Translations under genes and position numbers: made by a program | Shown here: piece after piece, positions 59,886 through 64,000 of the stretch | How the letters are laid out: each line of letters starts with the position of its first letter | Numbering within the stretch: position 1 is the first letter of the stretch | The notes under the pieces: generated by a model | Databases searched by the model: none | The model's input: only the letters and a program-made list of their open reading frames with translations | Told to the model about the DNA's origin: nothing | DNA from: an uncultured virus (IMG/VR IMGVR_UViG_3300017963_000205) | Taxonomy: Duplodnaviria; Heunggongvirae; Uroviricota; Caudoviricetes | Length of the DNA: 64,000 nt | Strand: one strand, 5' to 3' | Virus record (IMG/VR): IMGVR_UViG_3300017963_000205

Positions 59886-61368
59886 CCGCAGCAACCATCC
59901 GATTCGGACCGTGCTCAAGGCCGATTTGGATGTCATCATGTGCCATCTCATCCGATGCGGTGAGGTGTGCCAGCAGCTCTCGAACCAGATCCGCCTCGAA
60001 GACTTCGACGAGTCCTACGAGCGGAATTACCAATTGCTGTTCGCCGTCACGCAGCAGTTCTGGATGAAGTTCCAGAAGCCCATCACGTGGCACGTTCTGA
60101 ACGCGGAGATCATTAACCGCACGCAGGGTGTGCCCGATTATGAGCCGGCCGTCGTCCAGAGCATCATCAACCAGGCGTACAGCTACTTCGTTCCAGGCCC
60201 GGAGGAACTCTGCCCGGAGTACGCGCTTTCCGTGGCCGAGGACTTCCTGTACCAGCGCCGCGTTGCGGCGAAGATGGTCACGGCCGTCGAGCAATACGGC
60301 ATGCAGCACATGCCACGAACGATCGTGGAGGAGCTGCACAGCCAACAACAGACGGTTCTGGCCTGCCGGGACATCGCACCAATCAATCCGTTCGAGACGT
60401 TGATGCTGGGCGTGGAGCCTCGCATCAAGTTGGGTGAGCGGGTGATGTTTTTGGAGACACAGCTTGGCGGCGGGGTGCGCACGGGGGCGATGTACGGTTT
60501 CATCGCGCCCTCTGGCGGCGGCAAGACGACGATGTCGCACCAGTTGGCATATTCGTTTGCTTCGCTGGGCAACCATGTGGTGGTTTTCACTTACGAGCAG
60601 CCCATTACGCCGGAATACATGATGTCCCTGTACGCGACGGCCGGGCAGATCGATCGGAAAGAGCTTGAGGCGTTACGCCCCGGCGAGCAGCTTCCCGCTG
60701 ACAAACAGGAGAAGCTCACCAAGGCCGGCGAGACGTGCGCGACATATCTGCACTATGTCGACATGTCCGGTGTGCGTAATCGCATGGGTGCCGGAGGCCC
60801 TCCCGAAATCGATGCCGTGCTTCTGGCCATGGAGCGAAAGTACGGCATCAAGATAGGCTGCTACATTCTTGACTGGTTCTGGCCGATGTTGGTGCGCTAC
60901 TACGCCAACTACGATGTGGGCTACGGCAAGAGACAGGAGCTGCGCCATTTTGCGCAGGACATGACCTACCAGCTTCGACAGGTGGGCGAGCGTCACGGCG
61001 CGTGGTGCTGGATCAACCAGCAGGTTGCGCCCGACGTGGCTGCCAAGAAGAAGGAAGTGGATTTCGAGGATGCCGCCGAGTTCAAGTCCTTTGCCTGGTA
61101 CATGGATGGCTGCTTCGCGCTGTCCAAGCTCGATGCCAACAAATACGGCGTCCTGAAATACGGCAAAGGCCGTTACGAAAAGGTAGACAAACAGGTCATT
61201 CAGCTGAAGGGGCACCTGAGCACGTTCGTGCCCGTCGGCGAGGACATGGTCTACGACGACTTGCAGGGACAGCACGTCGCGCGGGGACGGCAGCATCGCG
61301 TGCCAACCGGCGACGAAGAACCTTCGCGCTCGCAGCGTGTTGCTGATTTAGAGGGTACTGATGGATGA
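59878..61368 (+). CDS. DnaB-like replicative helicase
   Basis: LGGGVRTG...APSGGGKT Walker A, FTYEQ, YILDW, NQQ; adjacent to primase. Confidence 0.8.
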   Translation: MPDRSNHPIRTVLKADLDVIMCHLIRCGEVCQQLSNQIRLEDFDESYERNYQLLFAVTQQFWMKFQKPITWHVLNAEIINRTQGVPDYEPAVVQSIINQAYSYFVPGPEELCPEYALSVAEDFLYQRRVAAKMVTAVEQYGMQHMPRTIVEELHSQQQTVLACRDIAPINPFETLMLGVEPRIKLGERVMFLETQLGGGVRTGAMYGFIAPSGGGKTTMSHQLAYSFASLGNHVVVFTYEQPITPEYMMSLYATAGQIDRKELEALRPGEQLPADKQEKLTKAGETCATYLHYVDMSGVRNRMGAGGPPEIDAVLLAMERKYGIKIGCYILDWFWPMLVRYYANYDVGYGKRQELRHFAQDMTYQLRQVGERHGAWCWINQQVAPDVAAKKKEVDFEDAAEFKSFAWYMDGCFALSKLDANKYGVLKYGKGRYEKVDKQVIQLKGHLSTFVPVGEDMVYDDLQGQHVARGRQHRVPTGDEEPSRSQRVADLEGTDG

Positions 61369-62401
61369 ATTGAACCCAAAGCTGTTTGCAGCTTTGGAGA
61401 AACGCTTCGGGAAAGTGCTGATTTCCAACCCCGGCGAGCGTTTAGTGGAGCGCAAGATACCCGACCCGGTGCGGCCAGGACGACACAAGCAGTTGATCCT
61501 TCGCAGCGGGGAGTATTACAGAGTGGACTGCCCCTATTGCAGCGACAAACGGGGCAGGTTGTACATCAACTACAGATGGAACACGCGCACCCGGAATGGC
61601 GACCGTTTTGGCCGCTTTTTGGCCGTCTGCTTCAATGAAGGGTGTGACCTGAGTGGCTTGGACATGGAACTCGGGGCTCTGGCGAAGAACTGGCCGGTCG
61701 TGGACCGTCCCTACACAAACAAGCCGGACAGCGGGCCGGAGTTTGCCCCGCAGGTCATGCCGGGAGTCTGTCTCCCGTTGGACACGCTGCCGCCGGAGCA
61801 CGAGGCGTGCAAGTACGTTCGTGAGAAACGGGGGTTTGACCCGGTCGAGCTGGGGCGGATGTGGGGCGTTTCCTATTGCGTCCACTGCGGGGTGACCGAC
61901 AAGACGCCATATCCCGGGCTGGTCCGGGGGAGGCTGGTCATTCCCATCTGGCGTTCGGGTGTTCTGGTTGGGTGGCAAACAAGGGCTCTCAATGAGCACG
62001 ACAGCCCGAAGTATTACACCATGCCGGGTTTCCCGAAGTCGAGGATGCTTTTCAACCAGGACCGCGCGCAGCAGTATCGCTTTGGCGTTGTAGTAGAGGG
62101 GGTCTTTGACGCTTTCCGCGTCGGCGACCGTGCCGTGGCGCTGTTCGGCAAATCGATGAGTCAGACGCAGCGCGAACTTGCCGTTGCTTACTGGGGGCAG
62201 GGGGCGCTGTGCATCGTTCTGGATGATGACGCGACGGAGGACATGGACCGTCTCAGCCAGGTCATGGACCCGATGAAGTTCAAGGACGGGTCCTTTATTG
62301 TTAGGCTGCCAATCGGGAAAGATCCGGGCAACATGGATCGAGACGAATTGTGGAGGTTGATCGCGTCAAATGCCCGAAATCATGGAGTACGGCTTGCCTG
62401 A
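61361..62401 (+). CDS. DNA primase (zinc finger plus TOPRIM)
   Basis: CPYC...CFNEGC, RLVIPI...GWQTR...PKY, VVEGVFDA, LDDDA, KDPG. Confidence 0.9.
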   Translation: MDELNPKLFAALEKRFGKVLISNPGERLVERKIPDPVRPGRHKQLILRSGEYYRVDCPYCSDKRGRLYINYRWNTRTRNGDRFGRFLAVCFNEGCDLSGLDMELGALAKNWPVVDRPYTNKPDSGPEFAPQVMPGVCLPLDTLPPEHEACKYVREKRGFDPVELGRMWGVSYCVHCGVTDKTPYPGLVRGRLVIPIWRSGVLVGWQTRALNEHDSPKYYTMPGFPKSRMLFNQDRAQQYRFGVVVEGVFDAFRVGDRAVALFGKSMSQTQRELAVAYWGQGALCIVLDDDATEDMDRLSQVMDPMKFKDGSFIVRLPIGKDPGNMDRDELWRLIASNARNHGVRLA

Positions 62402-64000
62402 TTACGCAAGCGCCAGAGACAAGACAGCTCCAAAACCGGCTCCCGAGCCGGTTCAAGAGCTGGAACCTGTGCCGACGCCGGAACCTACGAGCGTGTATGC
62501 TCGTTTTCCGCTCACGCAGTCCTACATGGAAGCCTCGACGATGTACGGGATGGACCCGGTTGCCGTGGCTGAACAACTCCTTCACCGGGCAACGGACGTT
62601 CCCATCATCGACGTGAAGGGCGAGCCGCTTCGGCCAGTGCTCTGGATTCCCAGCTGCGTGCTGGGGACGGGGCGCAAATTGCTGCCGGGGGTGGATTTTC
62701 ATACGAGGCTGATGGTTGTGGGTAAGCGCCCCGGCGTTGACGAGATCAGGGACCGTCGGGTCTTCGTCGGCGAGACGGGAAGGCTGCTCAGGGACGTGGC
62801 CAACGAAGTGGGAATGGGTTCCGAAATCGAAGCTGCGTTCGGGACCAACGTGTTGCGCTTCATCCCCTTTGACGGTGGCAAGACGTTGAGGCCCCACCAC
62901 GTTCGGGACTGCCTGCCGCTTCTGGCGCGTGAGATCGACCTCATCAAACCGCAGTTCATCCTGCTCTTGGGCACGGATGCGGTGAAGGTCTTCTTTGGCA
63001 GCAAACAAACCCTCCAGCGCGTGAGGCATCGCTTGTTCCTCATGCGAAGCATTCAGGACATGGGCACCAATCGCGTCATCGACGCCAGCAAGATCTCCGT
63101 CGACAATCCCGTCTGGCGGGACAGCGTTAAAATATACGCGACTGTGCACCCCGCCGCTGTTCTCAGGGAAGGGGGCCTTCGAGACGGCTTCAAGTCTGAC
63201 ATGGCCCAAATGCGCATGATCATGGGCGGTCACGTCTCCAACCCCACGCCCGGCGAGGGCATGGATTACCGCTACGTCAATACGGCACGGGACCTGCAGG
63301 CTGTCATTCAGCAGGCTGAACAGGAGAGCCCGGTGATCGCCGTTGACTGTGAGTGGGGTGATGGTGAGTGGTCCCGAGGCGGTAAGCTGCGCTGTATCCA
63401 GTTCTCGTGGAAGCCGGGCAGCGCTTGTGTGGTGATCCTTCGTCACGCGGACATGGTCGACTCCCAGGCGCCGACTGAACGACTGGAGATGCTCCGGCTG
63501 CTCCGAGAGTATTTCATCAAGATGCACATCGTTGGCCACAATTTCAGGGCTGACGCTCCGTGGCTACAGGAGTTGGGCATTGACGTTATGCCAAATCTTT
63601 GCTTCGACACCATGTTGGCCGATCACGCGTTGAACGAGAACGCGGAACACGCATTGGAGTCCTGCGCGGCCCGTTACACCAACATGGGCCGTTACGACTG
63701 GGATCTGAACGAGTGGGTTCGGCGCAACAATGTGGAGAAGGGAGAAGGCTACCGGGACGTGCCCGATGAGCTGCTCTTTCCGTACGGTGCCGCCGACGCG
63801 GATGCGACGCTTCGCTGCTACGTGACATTGCGTGACATGTTGCAGAAGCCGGAGAACAACGGGGTTGCCCGACTGTTCTACACGACGGTCATGCCGGCTA
63901 ACTACCCGCTCTACGAGATGGAACGCAACGGGCTGCTGGCCGATTTCGAGCGCATGGAGGTTCTGGTTCACCTCTATGCCAACCGGAAGGAAGAGCTGGT
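62370..64000 (+). CDS. Family A-type DNA polymerase with N-terminal UDG family 4-like domain, 3'-partial
   Basis: Open to window end; LMVVGKRPG..E....VFVGETGRLL and HPAAVLR (UDG); AVDCE, GHNFRAD, FDTML, YGAADAD (3'-5' exonuclease); the polymerase domain lies beyond the window. Confidence 0.85.
   Translation, partial: MPEIMEYGLPDYASARDKTAPKPAPEPVQELEPVPTPEPTSVYARFPLTQSYMEASTMYGMDPVAVAEQLLHRATDVPIIDVKGEPLRPVLWIPSCVLGTGRKLLPGVDFHTRLMVVGKRPGVDEIRDRRVFVGETGRLLRDVANEVGMGSEIEAAFGTNVLRFIPFDGGKTLRPHHVRDCLPLLAREIDLIKPQFILLLGTDAVKVFFGSKQTLQRVRHRLFLMRSIQDMGTNRVIDASKISVDNPVWRDSVKIYATVHPAAVLREGGLRDGFKSDMAQMRMIMGGHVSNPTPGEGMDYRYVNTARDLQAVIQQAEQESPVIAVDCEWGDGEWSRGGKLRCIQFSWKPGSACVVILRHADMVDSQAPTERLEMLRLLREYFIKMHIVGHNFRADAPWLQELGIDVMPNLCFDTMLADHALNENAEHALESCAARYTNMGRYDWDLNEWVRRNNVEKGEGYRDVPDELLFPYGAADADATLRCYVTLRDMLQKPENNGVARLFYTTVMPANYPLYEMERNGLLADFERMEVLVHLYANRKEEL

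Noticed and set aside
62350..62616. Frameshifted or fragmented polymerase start suggested by the ORF track
   Set aside because: The frame from ATG 62370 stays open to the window end; it is absent from the track only because no stop codon is in view

Overview
A gene-dense, GC-rich segment of a large tailed dsDNA phage genome; the host cannot be determined from this window. Left to right: virion/tail proteins, many with poly-Ser tracts; a glycosyltransferase cluster (GT4 plus methyltransferase, GT9/heptosyltransferase-like); minus-strand structural-type genes; four collagen-like G-X-T fibre genes; small cassettes bounded by a shared non-canonical promoter and terminator motif; a GpA-type terminase large subunit; accessory genes (RfaE-like nucleotidyltransferase, sulfotransferases, PyrD); an AT-rich iterated repeat; and a replication block (SbcD, SbcC, SF2 helicase, DnaB-like helicase, primase, UDG-fused family A polymerase running off the end). 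The most unusual part is 54.0-58.0 kb. It holds a tRNA whose best fold has a CUA (amber) anticodon, a PTH2-like gene interrupted by an in-frame TAG (missed by the ORF track), a stand-alone IS110/Nop-like protein and a solo Cas7/RAMP-like protein with no CRISPR array in view. All calls come from motif recognition by eye; no searches were run.
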